Source: Octopus vulgaris
Lineage: Eukaryota
Assembly (NCBI GenBank): GCA_951406725.2
Contig: OX597814.1
Coordinates: forward strand, 154,752,001-154,816,000
Direction: 5' to 3'
Length of the DNA stretch: 64,000 nt
This document shows, one piece after another, positions 13,266 through 27,748 of this stretch. Position 1 is the first letter of the stretch. Each line of letters starts with the position of its first letter. A program made the translations under genes and the position numbers. The notes under the pieces were generated by a model. That model was not told the DNA's origin. It was given only the letters and a program-made list of their open reading frames with translations, and did no database searches.

Positions 13266-13420
13266 CTTAAATACGACCTCGAACCCACAAGAGTAAACAA
13301 GAGATGCAGAGAGAGAGAGACAGAAACAAGGAAAAATGCCACTTGTATTTGAACACTATACAAATATTCTTTTAAAAAAAATTTTCTTTTAATTCTTCTA
13401 AATTTAATTATTTATTGTTA

Positions 13421-13456
13421 CAGTTGAAAAGATCTCAATGACTGAAACCGGTACTG
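13421..13456 (+). ncRNA. Decayed hammerhead-like motif
   Basis: CAG-UUGAAAA-GAUC(UCAAU)GACU-GAAAC-CG-GUA-CUG, with palindromic ACCGGU. Several core mismatches. Confidence 0.35.
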
Positions 13457-13481
13457 AAATGTTTTTTATAAAATTATTTTA

Positions 13482-13545
<64 letters not shown>

Positions 13546-14635
13546 GCGGTATTTCGTCCATCTTCACGTTCTAACTTCAAATTCCGCCGGGGCTCCTTTA
13601 TTTTAATTCTTACTATCGGGTAACTAATTTCATGTTATTACATAACTGACTTCACAATTTGGGTATTCATAACTTACTAGGAATTCCTAAAAACAAGATC
13701 ATGTGGAAGACAGTTCGGTATTCTCAGTAAATGCACAAAAACCGTTTTAAGGGCTGCATACATTGTACTTTGTATTGTTGTTATTGGATTAGCAAAACAA
13801 TTATGAGAATGGAACCAAGGGATAAACCCCGCTTTCCCGGGAATTACCGGCTACGTCAGCTAATGTATATATATATGTATATATACACTTGCGCACGCGC
13901 ACACACAGAGAAGGGGATGCTGAAATGTTCCTAGCTTTGGTAAAGCAAAAAACAGGAGGATCAATTAATTATTATTTTATTCAGCATATTCCCGTCTCAG
14001 ATTCACAAATTATCAGTCAAGTACTAGAGTGGTTTCTCCTCCCTCTCACGCAATCAGTCAAACATACAGTAGAATCGATACACTGAATTTTAAAAGGCAC
14101 GCGGGCTCCACTTTCATGTTTTCTACTTCTAAGAAACGGAGAAAAGTTTAGAAAGTGGCGCCGAAAGACATCGGAGAATCCGGTTATGTTGGTACTGATG
14201 CACCGTTGAGCATGAAACGTTTTGCAAGATATTGGGTAATGTAGTCTTCGTTTCAAGTCATGTGGTCTAATGGTTAGAGTGTTGGGCCCACAATCAGTCA
14301 TGAGTTGGATTCCAGGACAGGTTGTCATTCTGAGCAATGTATTTTGTTTTGTGTTGTCCCAGTCTGCTCAGCTGAAACAAGTGCCATCCGAGTGCTGTTA
14401 CAAACCCACTCTGTCTGATTGTCTGTCTGTCTCCAGCAATCGCATCCTGTTTGTGGTAGATACACAAGACATCTCCTTATCGCATCCTGCATGTTCTAGA
14501 TACACAACACAGAACACCGAGGATTAAACAGCAGTAGAAATATCGCCAACCTTAAAAATAAAGAAAAAATCTTGTTTTGGAAACCCCAGTGAACCATTGA
14601 TCGGATCATGGGTCGTTATGGACTGCAACACTATT

Positions 14636-14895
14636 GGGGCACTGCCTCGAAATTTTAACCGAACAAATCTACCCGGGTATTTATTTTGTTTTTATACGTC
14701 CGGTACTCATTCTATAGCTCTTTGTTGGCGAACCGCTAATTTATGGAGAAGCAAGGCAACGCTGGTTGTCTATCAGTGGTGAGGATAAAAAAATGCAAAT
14801 ATACCCACGTATATACATATGGCAGGCTTCCAAATTCCTTTACACGGCCGAGTCTATAGTGGAAAGCGCTTGTCCAAGGTACTACGCTGTGGAAC
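14636..14895 (-). mobile_element. SINE family B, degenerate copy
   Basis: cgaacaaatc.accc..tactcattctata.ctctt..cgaaccgctaa..ctatagt.gaa..cttg.ccaaggt. Confidence 0.65.
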
Positions 14896-15905
14896 CACAT
14901 GGTTCCAGGTTCAGTCCCACTGCGTGGTACCTTGGGAAAATGTCTCCTACTATAGCCTCGGGCCGACCAAAGCCTTGTGAGTGGATTTGGTAGATGGAAG
15001 CTGAAAGAAGCCCGTCGTATATATATATATATATATACTAGCAGCATAGCCCGGCGTTGCCCGGGTATAGAAGGCGTCCCATAGACAGTCTGTGGTTTGT
15101 GTTTAATACACAAATCGGTTTGCTATGTGTGCCACATATGATTTAATTAACCGATTTTTTCCAGTAATAAAGTATCCTATTGGAATAAAAAGGGCCATAT
15201 AGCTCCTTGGAGCAGACATGATGCTCGCTGTGAATTTTAAAAAACATTCCTGCCAATTTGTGAAAGATATTGTCGAAAATATGTCATATTGAATTTGAAC
15301 GCGATTTCCCAAAATGGCATGATTTTATCGATTTTTTTCTGATGGTAAGGTATTGCATGAAAAACTAATGTCAGAATTAAGTTTCTTAGGGTAACATTAA
15401 GCTTCACCATGAGTTTGGTGAAAATCAATTGCAAGTTGCGAAAACTACAACAGAAAATGTGTTGCATATGAAAAGCTTAGATTCTCGACCCCATGTCGAA
15501 TTTATCGATTTTTTTCAGAACTGGGGGAACTTTTCAAAACTTTCGCTGCGTTAGTTTTGAATTATGACATTGGGCTATGTGTGTGTCAAGTTTCATCAGA
15601 ATCGGTTGAAAGCCGTGGTCAGCGTGAGGGTACAACCTGACAGACACACAGACACTCAGACAGACAAACTGCCGTTTATATATATATATATATATGTATG
15701 CATGTATCCGTTTGTGTTTGTCCCTCCACCATCGCTTGACAACCGATGTTGGTGTGTTTACGTCTCCTTAACCTAGCGGTTCGGCAAAAGTGAGCGATAG
15801 AATAAGTACTAGGCTTACAAAGAATAAGTCCAGGGGTCGATTTCTTCTACTAAAAGGTGGTGCTCTAGTATGGCCACAGTCAAATGACTGAAACAAGTAA
15901 ATAGA
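14893..15905 (+). mobile_element. SINE family B split by a Helitron-like insertion
   Basis: Head at about 14893-15018 and tail at about 15708-15905, both matching 28246-28684. Confidence 0.85.
15038..15690 (-). mobile_element. Non-autonomous Helitron-like element
   Basis: Minus-strand 3' end is hairpin CCCGG-GCAACG-CCGGG (15050-15065), then 12 nt ending CTAG. An (ACAG)n tract and aagtttcatcagaatcggtt lie near the other end, whose exact position is lost in (TA)n. Confidence 0.75.
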
Positions 15906-16232
15906 AAAAAAAAAAAGAATACACATTTTCAATAGAGAAGCGGGGGTGGGGTGGAAATAGGATATTTAGCGATGTAAGCGATGCTGCTTCAAGGCGGAAT
16001 CGAAATCAAGTCGGTAGCTCGGGAATACTGGTAGATTACCTCACGCAATACCGAGCTTGACACGTATCCAAGAATTAATTATATTAATGATGAGCTTTAA
16101 AAAAAAAATTATCTTGTTTTCGAAAAAGTCATTATTGCTGCCATTATTTTCATTTATTTATTTATTTATTTGTTTGTTTGTTTGTGTTTTTGTTTGTTTG
16201 CTATGTCAACAGATAGGATTTCAGCTCAGAAA

Positions 16233-16334
<102 letters not shown>

Positions 16335-16337
16335 ATA

Positions 16338-16460
<123 letters not shown>

Positions 16461-17083
16461 GTATATGTATATATATTTATATGTGTATGTATGTATGTAT
16501 GTTCGTGTGTCGCGAGAGAAGTGAAATTTAATGTTTCGGACAGAACTCTTCGTTGGAGAGGAAATGATAGAATTTAAATTAAGCATGGTCACCCCAGCTT
16601 TTAGGTCTCCTTATACCGATTGAACTTTGTATGAGGAAGGAGTGGAGGGAAGAGGAGCAGAAGGCCAAAAGAACATATAATGAAAATAAGCATATATACA
16701 CGTAAACATACATGCATATGTATATATATATAATTAAGCCAAGGCGTAAAGTAAAAGAGAGAGAAAGAGAGAGACAAAGATAGAGTGAGAGAAAGCGAGA
16801 GAGAAAGAAATATACTAATGTGACTGAATAAAATGTTTCCTTTTACACACATATATATATGTACATATAGGTTTGTTTGTGTGTGTGTGTGCGTGTGTGT
16901 ATATGTGTGTGTGTATGTGTGTGTGTATGTGTGTGTGTGTATGTGCGCGCGCGTATATATGCACATATATTCATACACTTAGATACACGCACACACACTA
17001 AAAATGTATATACATACATATATACATACATACATATATACATATACATACATGCATGCATACATACATACATTCATACATAC

Positions 17084-17133
<50 letters not shown>

Positions 17134-17408
17134 GTCTCTTCTGCTATAAACGGCTGTTCGGGTGAATTTGACAGTTATCACACTCGGTCGACTTCTCACA
17201 GCGTAACATACTTATGTCAAAACTGACAGATAGACGCAGACGTATTGGCTGACAGTCTAAGATCTACTGGTGTTGGTAGGAGATTAAGGTGCTGACTAGT
17301 AGTAGTAGTAGTAGTAGTTTGTCTTGTGTGTGGTGATGGTGATAATGAAAGTGATAATGGTAGATTTGGTAGGTGATGGTAACGATATTAGGAGCGAGGT
17401 CTCTCTTC

Positions 17409-17478
<70 letters not shown>

Positions 17479-17893
17479 TGAGGAGGGAGTAGGAGGGTGA
17501 CGGAAAGGGGAAGTGGTGTATCTGGAAGTGGTGATGGTGCTGGTATGATGTGGTAAACATAATGATAGGACGGTATTGGTGTCGGTAGTGAGATGTTCTC
17601 TTCATTAGTTATTTTGGTGATGGCCATGGTGATCTTCAAAGTGATATTGCTGGTTGTCTATCGGTCTGTCTATCTATCTTGCAGTCTGGTTGTCTTTTGG
17701 TTGATAACAAGCTATACGAAACATATTTAATAAACATGTCGCTAGGTTGTTTAATGTTTCCATAAGAATCAATGATTGCATTTATTATTGCAAAATACAG
17801 CAAGATTGATGAGATCGAATTCAGATAAAACAATTGTAAACTTACGTAATAAAAAAACTGGCTCACCCTATTCTTCTTGCTTGTAATTTTTAC

Positions 17894-17933
17894 ACTGCTA
17901 CTTAGAGTTTCACGTTCCCGTTCGTCGGGCAGT
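17894..17933 (-). ncRNA. Type-I hammerhead-ribozyme-like motif
   Basis: ACUGC-CCGACGA-ACG(GGAA)CGU-GAAAC-UCUAA-GUA-GCAGU: 5-bp helix I, GNRA-capped helix II, GUA site. Confidence 0.7.
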
Positions 17934-18223
17934 TGTTATCAAGAAGGGAATAAAAATTGTGATTGTGCGTATAATGTATATTTTGATATAATTCAGATTG
18001 ACAGATTACACATTTGAATTTGATTGGTTGATTTCAGTAACGGTCTTTCAGAAGTATGCAAGTTAGACAGCAGATATAAAAGAGAAAATAAAAATAAATA
18101 AATATCGTGTTGTATAAAATCGAAGAAAACCTTAAGTTGGAAAAAAAATCTTGTCAATTTGAATCATATCAACATATACATTATAAGCACAATCACAATT
18201 TTTTAATTCCATTCTTGATCGCA

Positions 18224-18262
18224 ACTGCCGACGAATGGGAACGTGAAATTCTGAATAGCAGT
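18224..18262 (+). ncRNA. Type-I hammerhead-like motif (second arm, one core nucleotide missing)
   Basis: ACUGC-CGACGA-AUG(GGAA)CGU-GAAAU-UCUGA-AUA-GCAGU. Confidence 0.5.
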
Positions 18263-19762
18263 TTTTTTGTGAAATTTTTGTGATGTTTCTGCAGCTTTAA
18301 TAATAAAGCATATTACAATACCTCCGGTATTCGAGTACTATTATTTCTCACCTTGTCTCACATTTATGTACTTATTCGGGTATATACATACATAGATACA
18401 TAGATACATAGATACATAGATACATACATACATACATACATATATACATATATACATATATACATATATATATATATATATTTATTGAACGCCACGCATC
18501 CATTTCCATGTAAATTTATCTGAATCTTTTTGATGCGACTCTACTCTATACTGATATCTACCCCATCCTTTTCTCTAATTCCCTTTTTCTCTTTTCACCG
18601 TTTTCTATCTGTCTCTCTGTCCCGCCTCTTTCACTTTTTCTCTCTATCGTTGCTGACACATGACCATCGTCCATCTTTCTTTTCCTCACTGGATTATCTT
18701 TCTTTTCTTTCAGGACTGACCTGAGGACTGGAGTATTCTATCTCTCTCTCCTATATTTTCTCTTTCTGAAGGAAATATTCTTCCAGCGTTCGCTATTTTA
18801 CCCTTGTTCTGGTCTAACGATCATCCATGTTCGTTTTCGTTCGGAGTACTGCTCATTTATAAGGCTTAAGGAAATTCTGGCAACACTTGCACAAATATTT
18901 AAACTATATGGACGATTATATTATATAATACTTAACACTAATTGTAATTTTATAATCAAAATTCGATATAAATCTTGTATACATAGACTCCATTCGAGTC
19001 TCAACCTACCATTCTAGGAAAAGAAAGGACATTTTAGAAAATGTATTTCTAGATAAAATGCCCGCGGCTATAATGTCTTTCAAGTCAAATCAACAATAAG
19101 AGCAACAACATCAACAGCAACAGTAACAACAAAATGTATATATATATATGTGCACATGCAGTTATACATAACGCATAGTAAAGGGAAAATGAATGCGAGA
19201 AAGTGCGAGAGAGATGGTGAATAGTGAAGGGATTAGAGAGTCACAAAATCCTAATACGGGTGAAAATAAAGGAAATAAGGGACGATTAAAAGAATTTGTA
19301 GAAGAAAATTCAAAGGTTTAATATGAGGGTGGGAAAGAGAGAGAGAGAGAGAAAAAGAGAGAGAAAGAAAGCGAGAGAGAGAGAGAGCGTTTCACATTAA
19401 AGAATATTTGATTTTCTATATTTTTTATATTTTTTATATTTCTTGTCAGTTATCTTATGATTCACCTGCAGAGTTACTTAATGCCGACAATATCAACCTT
19501 TTATTCGTAAATCGTTAATATTTATGCAACTGAAATTCGGATCATCCTCCGTTGTGATCTTAGTTCTAGCCAGAATCTTCATGTGTTTCAGGAAGGTCTG
19601 AGTGGAACATTTACTTTGATTCGTAAGTTAATTGATTATGGGATATGAGTGATAAGCAGATGTTGTGGATTAAGCCTCACTTTTTAATGTTTTAATGCGT
19701 CTTAATTCGCTTAGGGCAGGCCGCATTTGCTAATTTGTTATAGTGGGTTAATATACATACAT

Positions 19763-19837
<75 letters not shown>

Positions 19838-19911
19838 TTTGTGGGTGTGTGTGTGCATGTGTGTATAGATAGATAGCTATAGATGCATATGTATATGTAT
19901 GTTTATATATA

Positions 19912-19974
<63 letters not shown>

Positions 19975-20827
19975 TCACATAGATATATTTATGTATATAC
20001 ACATACACACACACACACGAACGCGTATACACACATATAATTTAAAGAACCTAATAATTCCAATTGGGTCAGAAATCAACAATTCAAAATAATCCATTGT
20101 TAAAATAAAAACGCAACTGAACCATTTGATGAACAGAGTTCGATAAATAGAGCACTTAAAAGACTTAATTTAGCATGGGCGTAGCACAGAGACTAAAGCC
20201 AGTAAATGAATTCATTAATCTGATAACAAATGACTGGCAGAGATGTGGCTCTGTTAAAGAGCTGAAAGGAAACTAGTACGGTTCTAGACAACTTTAATCC
20301 ATTTATATCAATAACAGGACGTAGATAATCAAAAACTTTATAGAACCAGTGTCTGAATATGCTACAACAATTCCTAACATTGGAACTATGTTTATTTTAG
20401 AGTTCTGATTTTATTTCAGGATCTAGTATTAACTAGACACGAGCATTTTGCAAATACACATTTTATCTTTTTTATTGTTCCGCGCTCAATAGAATAAAGC
20501 TTCAGACAAGTACTGGAATTGGTTATATATTCGTATAAATCATCTTAGATATGAAAGAAATTATAGTTGGAGATAAAATCCTGAAAGAATGACAGACAGG
20601 TTCGATCTCTGAGGGATTTGAATTTAAAATGTAAGAAATAGTAAAACTAATTTATTTCGTTTTTGGATTTGGTTTGCAAGATTCTTTATATGTGAATTAT
20701 TATCATGCCATCCATTTATATAGTCCTCGATGTTTTGGGTTCCTGTGGCAGCCCATATAAAAGAAACCATCCTCATCAACATCCTCCTCCTCATCATCAC
20801 ATCATCATTGCCGCTGACACTATTATT

Positions 20828-20865
<38 letters not shown>

Positions 20866-21513
20866 TATAATAATCATCATCATCATCATCATAATGTTTT
20901 CATAGACGACGTTACAATTGTCTAAATTATGAGTCTCTGTTCGAATTACAAACTTTTCGGACATACTGCATATTCTGCTCATTTACACGAAAGCTTTTCT
21001 TCTCTTTTTAATGGTTAGCTTTCACTTGAGAGAGATTTCGCTGCCATATCTAGCAAGCCATGTGACTATGTAGTTGGCCTTTCCTGTTGCTTCCTATTTA
21101 GTTACGTCCCTTTCTGTTCATTTAAAATTATTAACGAAAACACATGTTCTGTTTCGTCTTTCCTCCTAGGTCTGTTAATAAATATTATAACTAACACCAA
21201 GCTTGCAGATGAAATAATAATAAGAAACTAATAACAAAAACAATAATTTCGTATATATATATATATATATATATAATGCCAGGAAGCTGTTTGCGTTTCA
21301 GGAATTCTTTCTTTTATAGAATCACACTTCCGGGAATGCTTAGTTCTATAACAATGACAAAAAATGACTACCAAACACATACCGACACTAATTTTCTTCT
21401 TTAATATTTTATTTTCAACTTATCAGCCGAACTGATAAATAAGGCTGCAATAGATAACGAAAAGTATGCAAGATATTCTGAAGGATTTGGAATATGGTGA
21501 TGATGATGAGGAA

Positions 21514-21552
<39 letters not shown>

Positions 21553-21737
21553 AATGATGACGTCCATAATGATGACGACGACCGCAACGATGACAACGAG
21601 GACAACGATGATTATGGTGGTGGTGGTGGTGGTTGTAGGAATACTGCTGTTACACAAACACATACACACATATAGAAACACGTACAGGTGTGCACACATA
21701 TGCATACACACATATATACATGTATACACACACACAT

Positions 21738-21774
<37 letters not shown>

Positions 21775-21940
21775 CACATATATGCTCATATATTTATCTG
21801 TATATGTATAAATATAAGCGTATGCATGTGTGTGTGTGTATGTATTTATATATAAGTATGTATGCATATATTTGCATATGTATACATATATATATGTATA
21901 TATATGTATATATATGTGTATATCTATCTATGTATCTCTA

Positions 21941-22038
<98 letters not shown>

Positions 22039-23825
22039 TGTATGTATGTATATATAAGATCAGCTCTTCTTCCGTGAGAACCTGCAGCTATTCCAGTTTC
22101 CTACAGTATCCATAAACAGGAATACTGACCTACTGCATAGTTATCATCAGAGACCGCACCCTTTTAATGAACTTTAACCCATTAGTTGCTGATAACCCAC
22201 CCTGGGACAAGTTGGCCCACACACAATAGTAGTGTATCTAATCCTTGCACTCGTAGTGGGACGACATCCTACTATCTACTGGCAGCCATACTTATCAAGC
22301 AAACTAATTTGTCGTCTGACTACATGAAGCTGGTTTCTTCACGTAGTAACTGATGTTGCTGAAATATGCTTTACAGGATACCGATCAACAGACACCAACA
22401 CTGTGTCTACTCAACCAGGCGGAGCACGCAGTGACAGTAATGATGTCGCTCAAAAACAACCACCTGATTTGAAATAACTGATGGAAACCTAAATACGGTC
22501 AGCTAGAAGCCATTTTGAATTTTTCCTGAATCGTCTTCACTCAGAACTTCAAACATCTGATGATATGGGAGTGCTCTGCATTCACGAAATCCTAAATCAT
22601 GAGAATCTGCGTCAAACTACTATTAGTTATATATTAGTTCATGTACATGTTCGCGTGTACTGTGGTGCGTATGTTTGTGTACGTGTAGAGGGATTCTAAT
22701 GATCCTACCCATACACGTCAACTGGTTCTGAAACATCACCTGGCCCTTGTGTGACTTTAGCAAGGTGCACTCTGTTGCAAGCATTCGGGTTAGTTCTTCG
22801 ATTTGAGTAAACCTATTTCATCCACCTCCCATCAGTTTTTGGGATTCTGAAAAATTCATGGTCACTGCCCTGCCCTGCCCTGTCCTGCTCTGCTCTGCTC
22901 TTTTTCTAAAGACAAAAAGATATTGTTAAGTATGACTTTACGATGGAGTCTCTACATGACCATTTAATTTACAAGAAGTAGATGAACAATCTCGCTCAGA
23001 TTACAACTCTGGCATCTTTGAAAAAAAAAAACGAAAGGACAGATTAAATAATAGAGTACCGTACAACTCAAATTAAACGTTTCGAATGTGGCTTGAATAC
23101 ATTTGATCATGTGATTGTCTCAGGACGAACCTAGGGCTAAATATCAACCAACATAACTAGAAACGTTACAGTATGTATTCTATCACATCTAGTTAAATAT
23201 TCTGACACAGCTTATGTAATTTCATGCTTTTTTCTTTCTTGCAAACTGGATATCAATTATTAATCTTTATAAAAGTTCATTTGAACTTACATAACTACAT
23301 AAGGACCAGTAACCTAACTGCACGTGTGCATTATGTACTTATAGATTATTATTGTAATTATTGCTAATAGTTTACCATTAACATGTGTTCACACATACAC
23401 AGACACACACACACAAATTCACACACATATGCACAGGCACACTCACTCACAAATACACGCGCCGAGTAAAATTGTTTTGCAGTATTTGTTCCAATTCACT
23501 GCACCTTGAGTTCATTTCCTGCCAAGGTTACTTTACCTTTCACTTTTTTTCGGGGTTGATACCATCCCAGGGAAGTATATTTCTGAAATCGCTTGTGAGT
23601 CGGACGGGATATTTTGTGGTATCTTATCCAGCTATCTGCATCCTTAGTCCAAGTCCGTCTTCCTTGGTTTCATAGGATGAATGCAATTCCCAACATGTTT
23701 TCTCTGTAGATTTCCTAAAGAAGGAGTCGTTACTCTGCTGAAATATTGAGGTACTAATAGGACTAACCAATGACATATTTTTTGTACCTTCCATTACTTT
23801 ACTATGTGCGTGTGTTTACTTACAT

Positions 23826-23873
<48 letters not shown>

Positions 23874-24126
23874 ACACACACACAGAGACACACACACACA
23901 CACCTATATACACATACATAAAACAACGGTGTACAGTAAGATCCATGATGGTAGAGTCCGATAAGAATAAAGCCCAACGGTAACCCGAGTAGAAGTAAAG
24001 TGATTCAGGAGTACCAAAGGTCCTAGAAGATAGGAGAGATGGGATCCTAGTGAGGAGGAAGTTCAGACAGGAGCAAACTGGGGTGACAAATTATGCGTAT
24101 ATTATATATAATTCCAAATTGTACAA

Positions 24127-24212
<86 letters not shown>

Positions 24213-24690
24213 GACTTCTTGTTATACACATACACACATATATATATACATATACATATAGTGAAAAAATTACAGTTAGTTCAAATTTCAGAGATTGCAA
24301 CGTGGATTTTCACTTATAACTGAGCCTTAAGTAATGGACTGAAGTAATGAAATGAATGATACAGATTTATAAATGAAAATATGAAGAAAAAGTAAAGAAT
24401 CTGACATAGGTAAGAGGCTACAAATTAAGGGGAGTGGGAATAGTATGTTAAATCAACCTTTATATTTTATTCTTATCGACCATGTAGGGATAAAAAGAAA
24501 AGCTAAGATGTATAGAGCCAGAATAAATGCTAAAAAAAGACACTGGTCAGTAGTATTAAATATAGGCAGCGGTATTAAACATGCCATCTACAGTTCATCC
24601 ACGAGAAGTTTGGGAATTGTTCTAGAGAAAATTAGGATTTGTAACGACAATTTAAATGATATTTTTTCATGTAATATGTTCATCAATATT

Positions 24691-25292
24691 AAAGGCAGCG
24701 AGCTGGCAGAAACGTTAGCACGCCGGGCGAAATGCTTAGCGGTATTTCGTTTGCCGTTACGTTCTGAGTTCAAATTCCGCCGAGGTCGACTTTGCCTTTC
24801 ATCCTTTCGGGGTCGATAAATTAAGTACCAGTTACGCACTGAGGTCGATATAATCGACTTAATCCGTTTGTCTGTTCCTGTTTGTCTCCTCTGTGTTTGG
24901 CCCCTTGTGGGTAGTAAAGAAATAGGTATTTCGTCTGCCGTTACGTTCTGAGTTCAACTTCCGCCGAGGTCAACTTTGCCTTTCTACGTTTTCGGGGTCA
25001 ATAAATTAAGTACCAGTGGCGTACTGGGGTCGATGTAATCGACTTAATTCGTTTGCCTGTCCTTTTTTGTCCCCTCTATGTTTAGCCCCTTGTGGGCAAT
25101 AAAGAAATAAGAAACGTTATCACGCCGTACGAAATTCTGAGCGGTATTTCGTCTGTCGACTCTGCGTTTGTCCGCCGAGGTCGACTTTGCCTTTCATCCT
25201 TTCGGAAGCGATAAATCAAGTACCAGTTGCGTACTGGTTGGATCTAATCGGCTGCCCACCTCTCGCAAAATTTCGGGCCTTGAGTTGAAAAG
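24691..25292 (+). mobile_element. SINE family A, head-to-tail trimer with 18-bp TSD
   Basis: Three copies of gcctttcatcctttcggggtcgataaattaagtaccag, a Meta-domain-like core. AATATGTTCATCAATATT occurs at 24673-24690 and 25293-25310. Confidence 0.92.
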
Positions 25293-25510
25293 AATATGTT
25301 CATCAATATTTTCATGCAATATGTTACGAGATACATTGTTCAAACAATGTAACAGCATTGACCAAGACAGTCAAAATTCCATCCGCTCGCTGTATGAATA
25401 CTGCAACAGAAAAGTTTGATTTGAAACGTTGAGAAATTTTTGAATGTAAAATAATCGCTAGCAAAAATTTTGTTTTAATGAGACGTCCTGAGGTTCAAAG
25501 GTTTAGCAAT

Positions 25511-25714
25511 TTTCTATTTCTTTATTGCCCACAGGGAGCTAAATATAGAGGGGACAAACAAAGACAGACAAAGGGATTAAGCCGATTATATCGACCCCAG
25601 TGCGTAACTGGTACTTATTTAATCGACCCCGAAAGGATGAAAGGCAATCGACCTTGGCGGAATTTGAACTCAAAACGTTGCGGCAGACAAAATACCGCTA
25701 AGCATTTCGCCCGG
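25511..25714 (-). mobile_element. SINE family A
   Basis: Reverse complement of the 24694-24925 unit. Confidence 0.9.
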
Positions 25715-26354
25715 TGAGGTTTAACAATTTTCAATATCATAGAACACATTTTGATTTATGACACCAAAAATATATTAGAATAAACGGTTGTTTAAGACAA
25801 AATTCTAATGGAACAAGTTAGTTATTTTTTCACCTAGACATCTTTTCATATATAAATTGACTTGACTTTCATCAGTAACTTTCGCGAATTTTCATGTTGT
25901 TTTGATATTTATAATGTTTTTTACATAATAGGTTCAAAAGCGGAGTTACCTCAGGACAAATGCTGCTGTAAGTGAGTTGTCAACAATGTGTATACATTAA
26001 ATATAATAACTAGATGGCTTTTTTAATTAAATACTACCTCATTTGCATATACCGGACACTTAATCAGCCTGGCGGCCATACGCAACATCAGTGAACATTT
26101 AATTTATTTTTCGTATATCAGAAACAACGAATTTTTGTCCAAGAATGTGGTTGGCTGCTAGTACGTGCCATTTAAAAGGTCCAAAAAGACGGAAATGCTT
26201 TTGGTGCCCTCGCTGGTCGCTACCGAAATGAGTTCTCTTCTCTCACTCTCTCTAACTCTCTGGTATTTATTGCGTTTTAACAGAAGTCTGTAGGAGATGT
26301 TATCTAAGTAAATACTGAAGTAACTGGCCTATCAGCTATATATGTATACATTAA

Positions 26355-26558
26355 CACATTAAGTCCTTAAATTCCTGAATATTACTTTTTAGAAAGGATT
26401 GAAAACAGGTTAAAATGAAAAAAAAATTATTAAAACTCCTTTACATCAAGTAGAAATGGAAATACTTGGTGTATAAATAAGACACTGAGACAATGTGATA
26501 TAGCTTATTTAATGTTCTCGTTTAGTGTCCTATTTATTGGACAGTGGGACTTAATGGG
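26355..26558. mobile_element. piggyBac-type MITE
   Basis: TTAA-CACATTAAGTCC ... GGACTTAATGGG-TTAA: TTAA target duplication and CCC/GGG-type terminus. Confidence 0.6.
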
Positions 26559-27220
26559 TTAAGTATAATGCATAAAGTTATTTTATACTTTTCTTAAAAT
26601 CCTGAATTTCACAAAAGTCCTGTGATCTTTCTGGTTTTCTGAATTTAAAAGCATTTGAAGTCATATCAATATGAAACTTTAAAAGAAAAAATAAATACTA
26701 ATATGAACTCTTTCGTACGTAAGACTAACGATTTTATTTCGTTTTTGGATTTGGTTTGCAAGATTCTTGCGAGACTCGGACAGAGTCAAAACTATTGAAA
26801 AGGTTGCAAGATGCAACGAAAATTTTAGGACAATGAAAATAAGAAAAAAGTGGAAATTTTACCGGTGAGTGTGTTAAATAATAAGGCACAAAAAGAAAAT
26901 GACTCTCCCCAGACAAAACGATTTAATGATTCAAGGTTGAAATATTGTAGTATTAACAATGAAATCTTATCACAAATCAGAATTTTCTATTAAGCTACTT
27001 AAGAAATGGTTAAGCGAATGAACATTAAACTTCCTTGCTTTCTATTCTTAGAATAATTATTCAACGTTTTTATTTAATTAATATTTAATTTAATTTGCTA
27101 TATTATTACTTCGCATGCATGCGTGAAAAAGTTTATTTCACTTCGCCCATTATTTGAGATTCGGTAGAATGCAAAATAAAATTACAATGCATGATGTTTG
27201 AATCATTAATCAGTTTACTA

Positions 27221-27317
<97 letters not shown>

Positions 27318-27748
27318 CCTTGTTTATGTCTTCACAGTATGTATGGAAACTCATTGAGCCACTCCGTCTGTTTTAGCTAGTAATTGGCACCAACTGTGTT
27401 GAATCTCTTAGCTTACGACTTAGATATGAGATTTTTCTTCTTTCTCATTTCTCTGAAGGTGTGGACAGATTCATTACTACATATATTTAATATCAAAATA
27501 GCCTTCCTCAGTTTGGTCTCTTAATCGGCACCGAGATGAGAGAGCCAGCATGCATTCTATATTCTTTGCGTGAAAAATCCAAAATATAAAATTTTATTTT
27601 GATTTTAATTCACCTGAATAAAACTATTTTCCATATGCTGTAATTGACTTGTTCTTCAAAAAAAAAAAAATCCTAGTTTCTAACGCTTCACACATTTTCT
27701 TCTCACTGTATACATTTCATTCTTAATCTCCCTTTACTTTCCTCTGAT

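Larger units (their letters stand above)
17894..18380. mobile_element. Penelope-like terminal relic with inverted repeat (arms 17894-18007 and 18147-18262)
   Basis: Arms of about 115 bp are reverse complements of each other, and each carries a hammerhead-like motif. Confidence 0.75.

Noticed and set aside
22175-26562. One large piggyBac element bounded by TTAACCCATTA ends
   Set aside because: The right end pairs better with 26351-26366, and no transposase remnant is recognisable in between.
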